Shown: piece by piece, positions 28,751 through 38,615 of the stretch | How positions within the stretch are numbered: the stretch's first letter is position 1 | Layout: each line of letters opens with the position of its first letter | Origin: Gemmatimonadota bacterium | GTDB lineage: Bacteria > Gemmatimonadota > Gemmatimonadetes > Gemmatimonadales > Gemmatimonadaceae | Reading direction: 5' to 3' | DNA: 64,000 bases | Assembly: GCA_040389905.1 (NCBI GenBank) | Contig: JAZJZK010000002.1 | Coordinates: forward strand, 1-64,000 | Program-made: the position numbers and the translations under genes | The notes under the pieces: generated by a model | The model's database searches: none | Seen by the model: the letters and a program-made list of their open reading frames with translations, nothing else | What the model was told of the DNA's origin: nothing

Positions 28751-29670
28751 CGGTTACTGCGCGGCGGACCTGTGCGGCCAGTCACGAGAAAGGTGTCGGT
28801 CACGCTGAAGAAGCGTTGGGGCGCTTCCCAGAACGGCATGTGGCCAGCGTCGGGAATCAGTTCGAGCCGTGCGTGGGGCAGGAGCGCGGACAGCTCGATC
28901 GCCACCGCTGCTGGAAGCGCGTCTCGTTCTCCATGTATGACGAGCGTCGGCGCCGAAAGGGCACGCAGCCGGTCACGCCAATCATACCCCGCGCGCCGCA
29001 AACGGGCCGCGACCGCCGTCCCGGTGAGGCTGGCCGCCTCGGGAGGTGCGAAATACGCCGCAAAATCGGCGTCGGCGAACCAGGCGGGATAGCTCGTGCG
29101 CGAGTGTGCGGCGTGCGTCGAGGGGTCGGGGTCGACCAATCGTGGATAGGTCTCGGCGAGGGTTGCGCGACCTGCGTCGCCAATCCGTTCCATGGCGTTC
29201 GCGTGGAGCAGCGGCATCCAGTCGCTCGTTGCCCCGATGGCATCGACCGTCACCAGCCGCCTGGTGCCGGAGGGATCGCTCGCCGCCGCCAACATGGCGA
29301 TACCGCCGCCCCACGAGTGACCGAGCACATCCCACTGCCGGATGCCGAGTGCCCGGCGAAGGGCGGCAATATCCGCTGCATCGTCCTCGATGCGCGCCTC
29401 CAACGGGTCTCGTGGCGTTTCCGATTCACCGCGGCCGCGCTGATCATATAGAATGAGCTGCCGTCCCTCGGCGAGTGGTGACAGTGCGGGCCAGAGCAAG
29501 GCATGATCGTAGAGCAGGCCCCCGTTCACGAGCAGGAGTGGAGGTGCCGACGTCGTGGGAGCCGTGGTCCACACGGCGAACTGCAGGCCGCGGACGGGCA
29601 CCGACATGCGATCCAATGCGGGGGTGCGCCCCAGCGAGCGACGAAAGGCGATGAAATCGGCGCGAGACAT
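28747..29670 (-). CDS. Alpha/beta hydrolase (proline iminopeptidase-like)
   Basis: YDQRGRG, GHSWGG nucleophile elbow, HGERD, AGHMP. Confidence 0.88.
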   Translation of the reverse strand: MSRADFIAFRRSLGRTPALDRMSVPVRGLQFAVWTTAPTTSAPPLLLVNGGLLYDHALLWPALSPLAEGRQLILYDQRGRGESETPRDPLEARIEDDAADIAALRRALGIRQWDVLGHSWGGGIAMLAAASDPSGTRRLVTVDAIGATSDWMPLLHANAMERIGDAGRATLAETYPRLVDPDPSTHAAHSRTSYPAWFADADFAAYFAPPEAASLTGTAVAARLRRAGYDWRDRLRALSAPTLVIHGERDALPAAVAIELSALLPHARLELIPDAGHMPFWEAPQRFFSVTDTFLVTGRTGPPRSNR

Positions 29671-29769
29671 TGCGCACAAGCTAACGGCGACACGCGCAGC
29701 CTACCTGTGCGAGTTGAGATCACGGTCGAAAGAGCGTACCGTATCCCCACCTCGAACTACGGTGCTTCG

Positions 29770-30825
29770 ATGAAATACCTTGTCCTTGCCGCCCTCGTCG
29801 CTCTCGCGCCGTCCGCTCCAGCGCAACAGGGTGTGCCGGAAATTCGCTTCGATGCCAATGAAAACTTCCTGAAGCTGCCTCCCGGGAAGAACTTCGGTGA
29901 AGTCGCCGGCGTGGCGGTGAACTCGAAGCGGCACATCTTCGTCTACGACCGCAGCGGCGAGCGCTCCACGGTGCACGGTGCGACAGCCGCCCAGCTCTAC
30001 GAGTTCGGCCCCGACGGCGCCTACATCCGTGAAATCGGCAAGGACCTCTACGGCTTTGCCTTCGCGCACACCGTGCGGATCGACAAGGATGACAACATTT
30101 GGGCGACCGACGAAGGGACGAACATGATCATCAAGTTCAACCCTGCCGGTCGCGTCACGATGGTGCTTGGACGCCGCGCGGAAGCCGTCGAAGCAGAGGC
30201 GCCCGTAGCCCCGAACGCGCCACCACCGGCACCGCGGTGGGGAACGTTCAACCGGCCGGCGGACGTCGCTTGGGACCTCGCGGGCAACGTCTTCATCGCC
30301 GACGGCTATGGAAACTCTCGCGTCGTGAAAGTCGACAAGAACGGCAAGTGGGTGAAGACCTGGGGAACGCGTGGTTCCGAGCCGGGGCAGTTCAACATCC
30401 TTCACACGATCGCGAACGACGCGAAGGGCAACATCTACATCGGCGACCGCACCAATCGGCGCATCCAGGTGTTCGATCCCGATGGGAACCCGGTGCGAAT
30501 CATTACGATCGACGTGCCGTTCAACGGCCTACCAAACGTTCTCAACGGCGGCATGCCGAACGCGAATTCGTTGTCAGTATCGGGCGCCCCCTGGGCCATC
30601 TGCATCACCCCCGGACCGACACAGTCTCTCTATGTCGCCGACGCGGTTCCGGGACGCATCTACAAGCTGACGCTCGACGGAAAAGTGCTCGGCGTGCTGG
30701 GGGAAGCAGGGAAGGCGGTGAAGCAGTTCGGATGGGTGCATGAAATTGCGTGCCCCTCCGAGAACGAGCTGTATGTCGCTGAATTGCTGAACTGGCGCGT
30801 GCAGAAGCTGACGCTGCATCCGTAG
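29770..30825 (+). CDS. Secreted NHL-repeat protein (PAL/peptidylamidoglycolate lyase-like)
   Basis: Signal peptide; FAFAHTVRID, FNRPADVA, ADGYGNSRV, DRTNRRIQVF. Confidence 0.85.
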   Translation: MKYLVLAALVALAPSAPAQQGVPEIRFDANENFLKLPPGKNFGEVAGVAVNSKRHIFVYDRSGERSTVHGATAAQLYEFGPDGAYIREIGKDLYGFAFAHTVRIDKDDNIWATDEGTNMIIKFNPAGRVTMVLGRRAEAVEAEAPVAPNAPPPAPRWGTFNRPADVAWDLAGNVFIADGYGNSRVVKVDKNGKWVKTWGTRGSEPGQFNILHTIANDAKGNIYIGDRTNRRIQVFDPDGNPVRIITIDVPFNGLPNVLNGGMPNANSLSVSGAPWAICITPGPTQSLYVADAVPGRIYKLTLDGKVLGVLGEAGKAVKQFGWVHEIACPSENELYVAELLNWRVQKLTLHP

Positions 30826-30835
30826 AGGATACGGA

Positions 30836-31564
30836 ATGCCGGAGCCTACGCTCAAGGGCATCCGCACCATCCTGCGCTCATCCGGAGATCCTCAACGCGC
30901 GCTCGGCACCGCTCGGTTCTTCAAGACCGGTCGGGGTGAGTATGGCGAGGGCGACAAGTTTCTTGGCATTCGCGTTCCCGATCTCCGGAGAATCGTGCGC
31001 GCGCACCGAGGGCTGTCGCTTGCCGATACGCTCGCGCTCCTCCAGTCGGGTTGGCACGAGGAGCGCGCCGTCGCGTTGCTTCTGCTCGTCGACGCGCACG
31101 CACGCGGATCGGCGACGGAGAAACGACAGATTCATCGCGAGTACCTCGCGAACACCAGGTACATCAACAACTGGGACCTGGTCGACTCATCGGCTGGAGA
31201 GATCGTCGGTTCCCACGTTCCAGAGCGGGGAACGGGTTTTCTCGAAAAGCTTGCCCGGTCGAACTCCCTCTGGGAACGGCGCATCGCCATGATTGCCACC
31301 TTCTGGTCGATCAAGCACGACGACTTCGCGCCGACGTTGCGCATTGCCGAGCAGCTTCTGGACGACGAACATGATCTCATCCACAAGGCGGTGGGGTGGA
31401 TGCTGCGCGAAGCGGGGAATCGCGACGTCACTGTCCTTCGCGCCTTCCTCGACACGCACGCCGCGACGATGCCTCGGACGGCGCTACGCTACGCGATCGA
31501 GCGACTCGGGCCGGATGATCGGCGCCGCTACATGGGTGCGAAGGCCGACGTGGCCCGAACGTAA
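30836..31564 (+). CDS. DNA alkylation repair protein (AlkD-like)
   Basis: FFKTG.GEYGEGD.FLG, NNWDLVD, LWERR, DLIHKAVGWMLRE, MPRTALRYAIE. Confidence 0.9.
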   Translation: MPEPTLKGIRTILRSSGDPQRALGTARFFKTGRGEYGEGDKFLGIRVPDLRRIVRAHRGLSLADTLALLQSGWHEERAVALLLLVDAHARGSATEKRQIHREYLANTRYINNWDLVDSSAGEIVGSHVPERGTGFLEKLARSNSLWERRIAMIATFWSIKHDDFAPTLRIAEQLLDDEHDLIHKAVGWMLREAGNRDVTVLRAFLDTHAATMPRTALRYAIERLGPDDRRRYMGAKADVART

Positions 31565-31565
31565 C

Positions 31566-31610
31566 AGCAGGTGCGGGCCCTTCGCTCCCTTCGTCGCTTG
31601 CGCTCGACTC
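31566..31610. repeat. Partial REP unit
   Basis: AGCAGGTGCGGGCCCTTCG..CCCTTCGTCGCTTGCGCTC; the latter part is the reverse complement of 47252-47270. Confidence 0.6.
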
Positions 31611-31627
31611 GCCGAGGATCCCGTCTT

Positions 31628-34312
31628 CTACGAACGCATGGTGATGGCCGGGTCGATTCGCGCGGCGCGAATCGCAGGAATCCAGCAGGCGGCGATTCCG
31701 ATTGTCGCCATCATCGCGGCCACGCCAACGAGCGTGAGCGGATCGTGTGGCGCGACGCCGAAAAGCAGACTTTGAATGATTCGGCCCGCGAAGAACGCAC
31801 CCGATACGCCAAGGGCGAGTCCAATCGCAAGCAGTACACCGCCCTCCTTCAGAATCATCCGCTGCACTCGTCCGCTCTCCGCACCAAGACTCATACGAAT
31901 ACCGATCTCGGTCGTCCGCGCGCTCACGGAGAAGGCGAGCACACCCCCGATTCCAACAGCAGCGATGATGACGGCGAGAATTCCGAACGAAGACACGAGC
32001 ACTGCGTTCAACCGCCGCGGTGAAACGCTCTGATCCTTGATCTGCGATACGGTCAACACGTTCTCGATGGGCGCCGTGGGTGCAATGCGACGAACAATGC
32101 GCGTCGCCGCGGTGGCCAGGGCAGAGACATTGCTATCAGCGCGGATCACGAGTCCGCCGCCAAACGACAACTCCTGCACGAAGGGCGCGAACACCACCGC
32201 TCGTGGCACCGCGTCCAACCCGCCGTCCTGCGTATTGCCTACAACGCCGACGATCGTTCGCCAATCAGTGGAAATGGGAGTGAACTTCATGATCTCGCCT
32301 GTCCACGCGACGCGCTTTCCGAGCGGATCCTCACCGGGAAAGAGCTCGTTGGCGAGCGTGCGGTTGATGATCACCACGCGTGCAGATCCAGCTTGATCCG
32401 TGACGGAAAACTCCCGTCCCATCAACAAAGGTATCCCAGCGGCGCGAAAGTACTCGGGGCTTGCCGTTCGATAATCGGGATGTGGAGCTGCCGTGCCGAC
32501 GTCGAGGGCCTTGCCTTCCGTCTTGAGGTCGAAGCCGACCTCCGAGCTCCGAAGCGGCATCGTGGAGCCGAGCCCAACCTCGATGACACCGGGCAGGGCG
32601 GCGATCTCATTTCGCATGCGATCGTACGACTGCTTGTTCGCCGCGTCGCTCGAGCTATCGGGGCCAGCCGGATTCATGAGCGGAACCGGCATCGTGAGCA
32701 CGTCCTCTGTGCGCAGGCCCGTATTGACGTCGGCGAGCTGGATCATGCTACGCGTGAGCAGGCCAGCGCCGGCAAGCAGCACCACCGACACGGCGATCTG
32801 CGCGACGACGAGTCCACGCTGCACCCTTTGGTTCTTCAAGCTTCCACTCATCTTCCTGACGCCCGCCGAAATTCCGGACGCGAACGTGCCTTCCTGTGGC
32901 AGCGAGGCGACAAATGACAGCAACAGCGCCAGCGCTACTGACAACGCCAAGGCGAAACTAAGGACGACGCCGTCGAGTCGAATCTCGTTTGCGCGAGTCG
33001 AATAGCGCTCCGCGAGCGAGATGAGCAGCCCCACACCGCCAATGGCGATGGCAAGCCCGAGTCCCGCACCCACGAGCGACAGCACGAGGTTTTCGACCAG
33101 GATCAACCGTCGTAAGCGCGATACGCCTGCGCCGAGCGCCGCGCGCACCACGAGCTCGTGTTCGCGCCGCACGCCGCGCATCAGCGTGAGGTTGATGACG
33201 TTCGCCGCAGAAATGATCATGACGAATGCAGCGGCGCCCATCAGGAGCCAGAGCGTGAGCGACGCACGCTCGCCAAGTGCTTGCTTGAACGGAATGACCG
33301 CCACGCGATAGTGCACTGCGGGATCGTATGCATCGGCGTGTTCGCTGTGGACCCGTGTCTGTAGAGCCGCGACCTCCTTCCGCGCCTGCTCGACCGTTGC
33401 ACCCGGCGCGAGCCTCGCAATCATCTCGGTCATCCGATGCACGCGTGCCTCGACCATTTGCGCGCTGACGTGGTGCGGACTGACCACCATGTTCGTCAGC
33501 GCATCCACGCGAGCGGGAAAGAAGGGCGCGCGCTGGAGCACGCCGATAACGGTCGCCGACGTACCGTTGAGTTTGACCTGCTTTCCCACGATGCTCGAAT
33601 CGCCGCCGAATCGCTTGATCCAGAATTCGTGCGTCAGCACCATCACCGCGGGAACTCCCGCGCCGTCGTCGCTCGGCGATGTCAAGCGCCCAAGCACAGG
33701 AGACAGTCCCATCACTTCGAAAAAGTTGCCCGTGACGAGGCCTATGTCGATGCGGACGGCGTCGTTCTCGTCGAGCAACGTCTGAAACCAGGGCGAGTAC
33801 TCGGCAATTCCAGCGAGTGATCGCGCACCGTTCCGGAAGTCACGAATCTCGGGCACCGAAAAGCTCACGTTCTCTCCGCCGGGACCGTCGACCGACTGAC
33901 GGAGGTACACAAGCCGGTCGCCATCACGATGAGGGAGCGGCTTGAGGAGCACGCCGCGCACGACGCTGAAGATCGCCGTGTTTGCGCCGATTCCGAGTGC
34001 GAGGGTGACTACGACCACGGCGGTGAACGCCGGGCTGCGCCGAAGCGCGCGAAACGCGTACCTGACGTCAGCGGCGATCCCTTCGATAAACGGTATGCCG
34101 CGTTGCGCGCGGACCGCGTCGGTGGCGACGCTCAGCCCACCCGACGCCAACAACGCCAGTCGGCGCGCCTCCGCTGGGTGCATGCCACGACGGATGTTCT
34201 CCGCCGTCTCCATTTCGAGATGCGCCTGCAGTTCTGCGCGGAGATCAGCGTCGGCGTTGTCTTTCGAAAAAACCCCGGCGATGCGTGCGAAAGCGGCGCG
34301 GAGTTGGCTCAT
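31628..34312 (-). CDS. Duplicated MacB/FtsX-type ABC permease (ADOP-like)
   Basis: LALGIGANTAIFSVV, E..VRAALGA, EIGIRMSLGA, PAIRAARIDP. Confidence 0.92.
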   Translation of the reverse strand: MSQLRAAFARIAGVFSKDNADADLRAELQAHLEMETAENIRRGMHPAEARRLALLASGGLSVATDAVRAQRGIPFIEGIAADVRYAFRALRRSPAFTAVVVVTLALGIGANTAIFSVVRGVLLKPLPHRDGDRLVYLRQSVDGPGGENVSFSVPEIRDFRNGARSLAGIAEYSPWFQTLLDENDAVRIDIGLVTGNFFEVMGLSPVLGRLTSPSDDGAGVPAVMVLTHEFWIKRFGGDSSIVGKQVKLNGTSATVIGVLQRAPFFPARVDALTNMVVSPHHVSAQMVEARVHRMTEMIARLAPGATVEQARKEVAALQTRVHSEHADAYDPAVHYRVAVIPFKQALGERASLTLWLLMGAAAFVMIISAANVINLTLMRGVRREHELVVRAALGAGVSRLRRLILVENLVLSLVGAGLGLAIAIGGVGLLISLAERYSTRANEIRLDGVVLSFALALSVALALLLSFVASLPQEGTFASGISAGVRKMSGSLKNQRVQRGLVVAQIAVSVVLLAGAGLLTRSMIQLADVNTGLRTEDVLTMPVPLMNPAGPDSSSDAANKQSYDRMRNEIAALPGVIEVGLGSTMPLRSSEVGFDLKTEGKALDVGTAAPHPDYRTASPEYFRAAGIPLLMGREFSVTDQAGSARVVIINRTLANELFPGEDPLGKRVAWTGEIMKFTPISTDWRTIVGVVGNTQDGGLDAVPRAVVFAPFVQELSFGGGLVIRADSNVSALATAATRIVRRIAPTAPIENVLTVSQIKDQSVSPRRLNAVLVSSFGILAVIIAAVGIGGVLAFSVSARTTEIGIRMSLGAESGRVQRMILKEGGVLLAIGLALGVSGAFFAGRIIQSLLFGVAPHDPLTLVGVAAMMATIGIAACWIPAIRAARIDPAITMRS

Positions 34313-34653
34313 GGTGCGTCCGTTCGTGGCGAGAGAAAGGCAGCGATGAGATCGGCAGTCTGGTGCCACTCGCGCGCCTCACGCGCGAGTTGCTTGCGCC
34401 CCGATGGCGTCAACGCATAGAACTTCGCGCGGCGGTTATTCTCGGATTGGCCCCACTCGGCGGCAATGAAGCCCTCTTGCTCGAGCTTGAGCAGTGCGGG
34501 ATAGAGCGTGCCGTAGTTGAGCGTGAGGCGGTTCTTGCTCGTTTCCTCGATGCGGCGCGCGACACCGTATCCGTGCATCGGGCCCAGCACGTCGAGGGTC
34601 TTGAGGATCATCAGGGCGAGCGTGCCCTGCTTGACGTCGAGTTTCTCTGCCAC
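34309..34653 (-). CDS. PadR-family transcriptional regulator
   Basis: QGTLALMILKTL, MHGYG, GTLYPAL, WGQSENNRRAKFY. Confidence 0.93.
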   Translation of the reverse strand: MAEKLDVKQGTLALMILKTLDVLGPMHGYGVARRIEETSKNRLTLNYGTLYPALLKLEQEGFIAAEWGQSENNRRAKFYALTPSGRKQLAREAREWHQTADLIAAFLSPRTDAP

Positions 34654-34660
34654 GGTGCCA

Positions 34661-34681
34661 TCCTATTGGATTCCCATAGGA
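34661..34681. promoter_or_regulatory. Probable PadR autoregulatory operator
   Basis: Palindrome TCCTATTGG-ATT-CCCATAGGA 7 bp upstream of the padR start. Confidence 0.6.
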
Positions 34682-34726
34682 GGCTAATATCGCCCGGTGA
34701 ATTGCGCAATAGGCACGAGTCCTCCT

Positions 34727-35479
34727 CTAATCGGAGTCGTTGGCGCGCATCCACCAGAGTGCAATGGCGCCCTCGTATCGATACAGCAGCCACGGCAGGA
34801 ACACGCTCAACAAACAGATCAGCGAAAAGAGTCTGGCGATGGCGGGCACCGACATGTTGACGTGGTCTGCTGCCAGCACGACAAAGTCGTTCTCGACCGA
34901 CGACTTGCCCTCGGCGTAGGCTGCCTGGGCGTCGGTGCTTCGTGAGAGCGTCCACGCGAAGTGCACGTCATGGAGCCAGATCAGAAATCCGCACATGGCG
35001 TAGGCCGGTCGCTCGTCCGCCTGGAGTAGCGTCGTTCCACTCATGGCGCGGTGGAGGAAGACGAGTGCGATGAGCAGTTCCGCGCCGTGGCCCATGCCGA
35101 TGATTACGGCGTTATGCGCGTCGGTAGACGCGATGCGTGAATACACCGCCACGAGAACGAGTAGCGCGATCACTGTCGGAGCATGGCGCCGCACTCTCCA
35201 GAGCGCGGCGGCGAAGAGCCCGTACGGAATGACGAGCAGAAACGGCGCGCGCTCCAACGTGGTCGTCACACCACCGCCCTCGGAAAAATCGAACGACGGA
35301 ATCGCAGGATATCCGAACAGCCACGCCGTTCCCGCGTGCCCGAGTTCGTGCACAATCGTGACGAGGGGAATGAACAGGATGCGCGTAAAGGGAACCAGCG
35401 ACAACACGACCGCCAGCGCGAAGCCAATGGCCAGCGCGCGCTGCGCCTCATCGCTCAGTCGCGGTGTGTCGGAGGTCAA
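34727..35479 (-). CDS. Membrane protein with HExxH motif (M50-like peptidase)
   Basis: TIVHELGH..A, multiple TM helices, END; TTG start overlaps the VOC gene stop. Confidence 0.7.
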   Translation of the reverse strand: MTSDTPRLSDEAQRALAIGFALAVVLSLVPFTRILFIPLVTIVHELGHAGTAWLFGYPAIPSFDFSEGGGVTTTLERAPFLLVIPYGLFAAALWRVRRHAPTVIALLVLVAVYSRIASTDAHNAVIIGMGHGAELLIALVFLHRAMSGTTLLQADERPAYAMCGFLIWLHDVHFAWTLSRSTDAQAAYAEGKSSVENDFVVLAADHVNMSVPAIARLFSLICLLSVFLPWLLYRYEGAIALWWMRANDSD

Positions 35480-35853
35480 ACGCTCTGTATGATGGCCATG
35501 GTATTGCCCTCGCTGTCCTTGAACCATGCAGCCATCGCGCCGCCGCCAGTCGCGATACCATCGACCATGTTCATTCCCGGGAAATCGTATTCCTCGAACA
35601 CTACGCCGCGTGCTCGCAGTTCTTCTACTTCCGCCTTGATGTCGCTGACGTGCCAGAAAGCCTGACTGGCTTTCGAGGTACCCGCACCACCGGACACATA
35701 CATGAAGATGGCGGTCCCGTCGGCGCACGTGTACGTGTATCCGCCATTGTTGTGATCACTCGGCTCGAGGCCGATCTTCTCCTTGTAGAACAGGCGCGCG
35801 CGCTCGAGGTCGGAGACGGGGATGTACGCAAAGACCGGCGAATTCTGAAGCAT
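35476..35853 (-). CDS. VOC/glyoxalase family protein
   Basis: IPVSDLERARLFY, ELRARGVVFEEYD, AWFKDSEGN. Confidence 0.9.
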   Translation of the reverse strand: MLQNSPVFAYIPVSDLERARLFYKEKIGLEPSDHNNGGYTYTCADGTAIFMYVSGGAGTSKASQAFWHVSDIKAEVEELRARGVVFEEYDFPGMNMVDGIATGGGAMAAWFKDSEGNTMAIIQSV

Positions 35854-35874
35854 AGGTGCTCCGGGTTGGGCAGG

Positions 35875-36588
35875 CTAGGTAGTCGTCGACTGTTGGTCGG
35901 TCTGGCGCCCGAGCCAGCGTGAAGAAACAAGACGGTAGCCTTCGATGCACAGCAGAAGCCAAATCGCGCCGGCGAGAAATCCGCCGAGCACATCGCTGAT
36001 GTAGTGTACGCCAAGATACAGGCGACTGAGACCGACGGCCGCGACGATCGAACATGTCGACAGGACGATCCGCAACTGATGCTGCGTGTTGCGCTCGTTC
36101 TCGAATCGGAAATACGCGACGATTCCATATCCCACGAGCGATGCCATCGAATGACCGCTCGGGAAGCTCCATGTCGTGCCCGCAATGAACTCGACGGCAG
36201 CGTCCGGCCTGCCGCGATGAAACAGCGTTTTCAGAGCAATATCGAGATACATGCCGCCGATGCTCGCGACGGGAATCGTTGCCGCGGCCGCCCATCGACG
36301 CCGATGGATGAGAATGACAACCGCCACAGCGAGTAGCCCCGTGAGCGCAGTATCGCCGAGCCAACTCACCCATGTGAAGAATGTTGCGAAGCCGTCCGCC
36401 TGGTGGTGATTCATCCAGTTCACAACCATGGCGTCGAGCACGGTGGCTCCCCTCTCGGGAATGGCGCGCGCGAGGGCGGCGAACGCACACAGCAACAGCG
36501 TGGCGAGAACGATGCCGCCAACGCCCTGCAACTGCAGGTATCGGTGACCTAGAACACGATGGACCATTGCACGACAGGGATCTGCCAA
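35875..36588 (-). CDS. PAP2-family membrane phosphatase
   Basis: K..FHRGRP, SFPSGH, SRLYLGVHYISDV; start uncertain. Confidence 0.88.
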   Translation of the reverse strand: MADPCRAMVHRVLGHRYLQLQGVGGIVLATLLLCAFAALARAIPERGATVLDAMVVNWMNHHQADGFATFFTWVSWLGDTALTGLLAVAVVILIHRRRWAAAATIPVASIGGMYLDIALKTLFHRGRPDAAVEFIAGTTWSFPSGHSMASLVGYGIVAYFRFENERNTQHQLRIVLSTCSIVAAVGLSRLYLGVHYISDVLGGFLAGAIWLLLCIEGYRLVSSRWLGRQTDQQSTTT

Positions 36589-37394
36589 TTCGCACGCTGC
36601 GGGCGTGGCGCGCCAGCCTCGGCAGGCGGCGCTTCGCGATGCAATTGGCGCTCAGCAATCGCCTTCCCGACGGCGAAGCCGATGACGCCGCCGATGAACA
36701 TGTCCGAGGCCCAATGGTGTCCGTCAGCGAGCCGGCCAAGCCCGATCGCAACTGAGTACACATAGGGAATTGGCTCAGCAAGTCCCAGCGAGTAGCGGTG
36801 GGTAAGAAAGGACGCGCATGCCATCGAGTTCGAGATGTGGCCGCTGTAGAACGACTCCTTGGACCAATCGGACGTACCCGGGATCGAGATGTCAAACGGG
36901 TCCGCCGTCACCGTGGGTCGACTCCGCGTGACCGCCCGAAACGCCACTTGCCGAAGTCCCATACTCGCGAGGTGACCCGCAGCGCAGCCGAGTCCCGCGT
37001 CGCGGAGATTCACGGAGTGGGACAATCGTCCGGCGACGTACAGCACGCCGGAGAAGGGAAGCAGATACTGCCCGCTTCCCATCTCGTACGGTGAGAACCT
37101 CGCGCCTTCCCGAGTTGGGGCAAGCAGGCGCATGGCGAATGTTCGCTCGTGCGTTCGCATCCATACGTACCCTGCGGAGTCGATCCGCGACGTCAGGGCC
37201 GCGGCGCCGAGTGCGGCCGCCGTGCTGAGAAGATCACGACGGCGCATACCTGCCGGTGACGTCCACGCGGACCAGATGTCGCCACCGAAGTTCCCGATGT
37301 CGCGGCGTTCAGGGCCTAGAGTGCTCTGGGCGGGAGCCGTTACGCTGATGCCGAGCATCGCCGTCAGAACCAACGCTGGGCATAGCCGATTCAT
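36549..37394 (-). CDS. PAP2-family protein with signal peptide
   Basis: RSRP, SFYSGH, GRLADGHHWASD. Confidence 0.8.
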   Translation of the reverse strand: MNRLCPALVLTAMLGISVTAPAQSTLGPERRDIGNFGGDIWSAWTSPAGMRRRDLLSTAAALGAAALTSRIDSAGYVWMRTHERTFAMRLLAPTREGARFSPYEMGSGQYLLPFSGVLYVAGRLSHSVNLRDAGLGCAAGHLASMGLRQVAFRAVTRSRPTVTADPFDISIPGTSDWSKESFYSGHISNSMACASFLTHRYSLGLAEPIPYVYSVAIGLGRLADGHHWASDMFIGGVIGFAVGKAIAERQLHREAPPAEAGAPRPQRANWQIPVVQWSIVF

Positions 37395-37465
37395 CCGATT
37401 CGTCGCGCGTTTAGCATGCGCGGCTGGAAGGCACGGTCCATGCCAGCGACTGACCAGGCCGCTCT

Positions 37466-37903
37466 TTATGATTGCGTCGAAGGATGAGCGTCCGGTGGCA
37501 GTGGAAGTCCACCCGGCGGTTCCGGCGGGCCCAGCACAGCGAAAATCAATCCCGCTTGTTCCCGCGAGAAAACGCCCAACATCCGTTCCTCGAATTCACG
37601 CGCTCGTGCCTGAAACGACTCTCGCGTGCCGCCGAAAAGCTCCGGCAACATCTCCGACGCTTCGAGGACGAACGCACGCTGCTCGGCGTTGAGCGACGAG
37701 TCCTCACCTGTAAACGTACGGAAGTGCTCGCGCCAAAAAGAGAGACGTTGTTCGTGCGACGCGGCGTTCACGACTACCTTGCGGAACGGAATCGGGAACG
37801 TGGAGAGCTCGGCCAGTGTCCGCGGCAACTTGTCTCGGTGAGCCTCGACCCACGCGACGATTTCTTCGTGCCGCATGGGAAACCATCCGCACGATCCACT
37901 CAT
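37466..37903 (-). CDS. Protein resembling the N-terminal domain of fulvocin C-related bacteriocin precursors
   Basis: AGGAGG RBS; WVEAHRDKLPRTLAELSTFPIPFRK...FWREH..LNAEQRAFV..FSREQA; no Cys-rich C-terminus. Confidence 0.6.
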   Translation of the reverse strand: MSGSCGWFPMRHEEIVAWVEAHRDKLPRTLAELSTFPIPFRKVVVNAASHEQRLSFWREHFRTFTGEDSSLNAEQRAFVLEASEMLPELFGGTRESFQARAREFEERMLGVFSREQAGLIFAVLGPPEPPGGLPLPPDAHPSTQS

Positions 37904-37944
37904 ATGGCGCCCTCCTGTGACTGGTTGTTGTGCGACATGCAGGT

Positions 37945-38035
37945 TGTCACCCCGAGCGAGCGAAGCTTTGTCGAGGGGTCTGCACCTCGTATGCCGGCCG
38001 CAAGTGCAGATCCCTCGACTTCGCACGGGATGACA
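37945..38035. repeat. REP doublet
   Basis: TGTCACCCCGAGCGAGC..TCGAGGGGTCTGCAC...GTGCAGATCCCTCGACTTCG..GGGATGACA. Confidence 0.85.
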
Positions 38036-38044
38036 GAACTGCAA

Positions 38045-38611
38045 TCAGCGTTCAAACGACCAGGCACTCCACGGCGCGTAGCTCCGTCGCGGGCCAACCT
38101 GATGCCAGCCTGCGGCTACGAGATGGCGTGCAGCCGCGGTGCGGAGCACGCCGTGCGTCACCGCGAGAACTGTCGAGTGCTCATCGGCGAGTTCAGTGAG
38201 GTCCTGAACGGCACTTCGAGCCTGCTGCTCGAATCGTTCGTCGAATCCGATGTGTCGCACGACGCGTAGACCCCACTCGAGGTGAATGAGTGCTTCCCAC
38301 ATGAACAACGGAAGGCGGCCAGGAAGTTTGGGAATCGGAAGCGGTATCTCGCGCAGGGCAGGGTTTTCTTTCACCTGCCGTCCCGGTGCAATGCGATCGG
38401 CTGATGTCAGTGCACGGAGCAGGTCGCTCGAAACAATGTGCGCGCACGACGAGGCCAACGCGCGGATGGCGTGAGGAGGTTGCGCGCTCGGGTGGATGTC
38501 CGTTCGATCATACGCCTCGCGACAGTCCTCGACGCCCGCGAGATCCACCCACGCCGTCGGATAGCGATAGGCTGACGGACCGTGCCGAACGAGGACGATG
38601 CGCCGGTTCAC
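38045..38611 (-). CDS. Histidine phosphatase (phosphoglycerate mutase) family protein
   Basis: IVLVRHG, SSDLLRA, LRE, LAVTHG. Confidence 0.8.
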   Translation of the reverse strand: MNRRIVLVRHGPSAYRYPTAWVDLAGVEDCREAYDRTDIHPSAQPPHAIRALASSCAHIVSSDLLRALTSADRIAPGRQVKENPALREIPLPIPKLPGRLPLFMWEALIHLEWGLRVVRHIGFDERFEQQARSAVQDLTELADEHSTVLAVTHGVLRTAAARHLVAAGWHQVGPRRSYAPWSAWSFER

Positions 38612-38615
38612 ATGC

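Noticed and set aside
37904..38044. Cys-containing N-terminal extension of the 192-aa ORF
   Set aside because: REP-derived; a strong AGGAGG RBS supports the start at 37903
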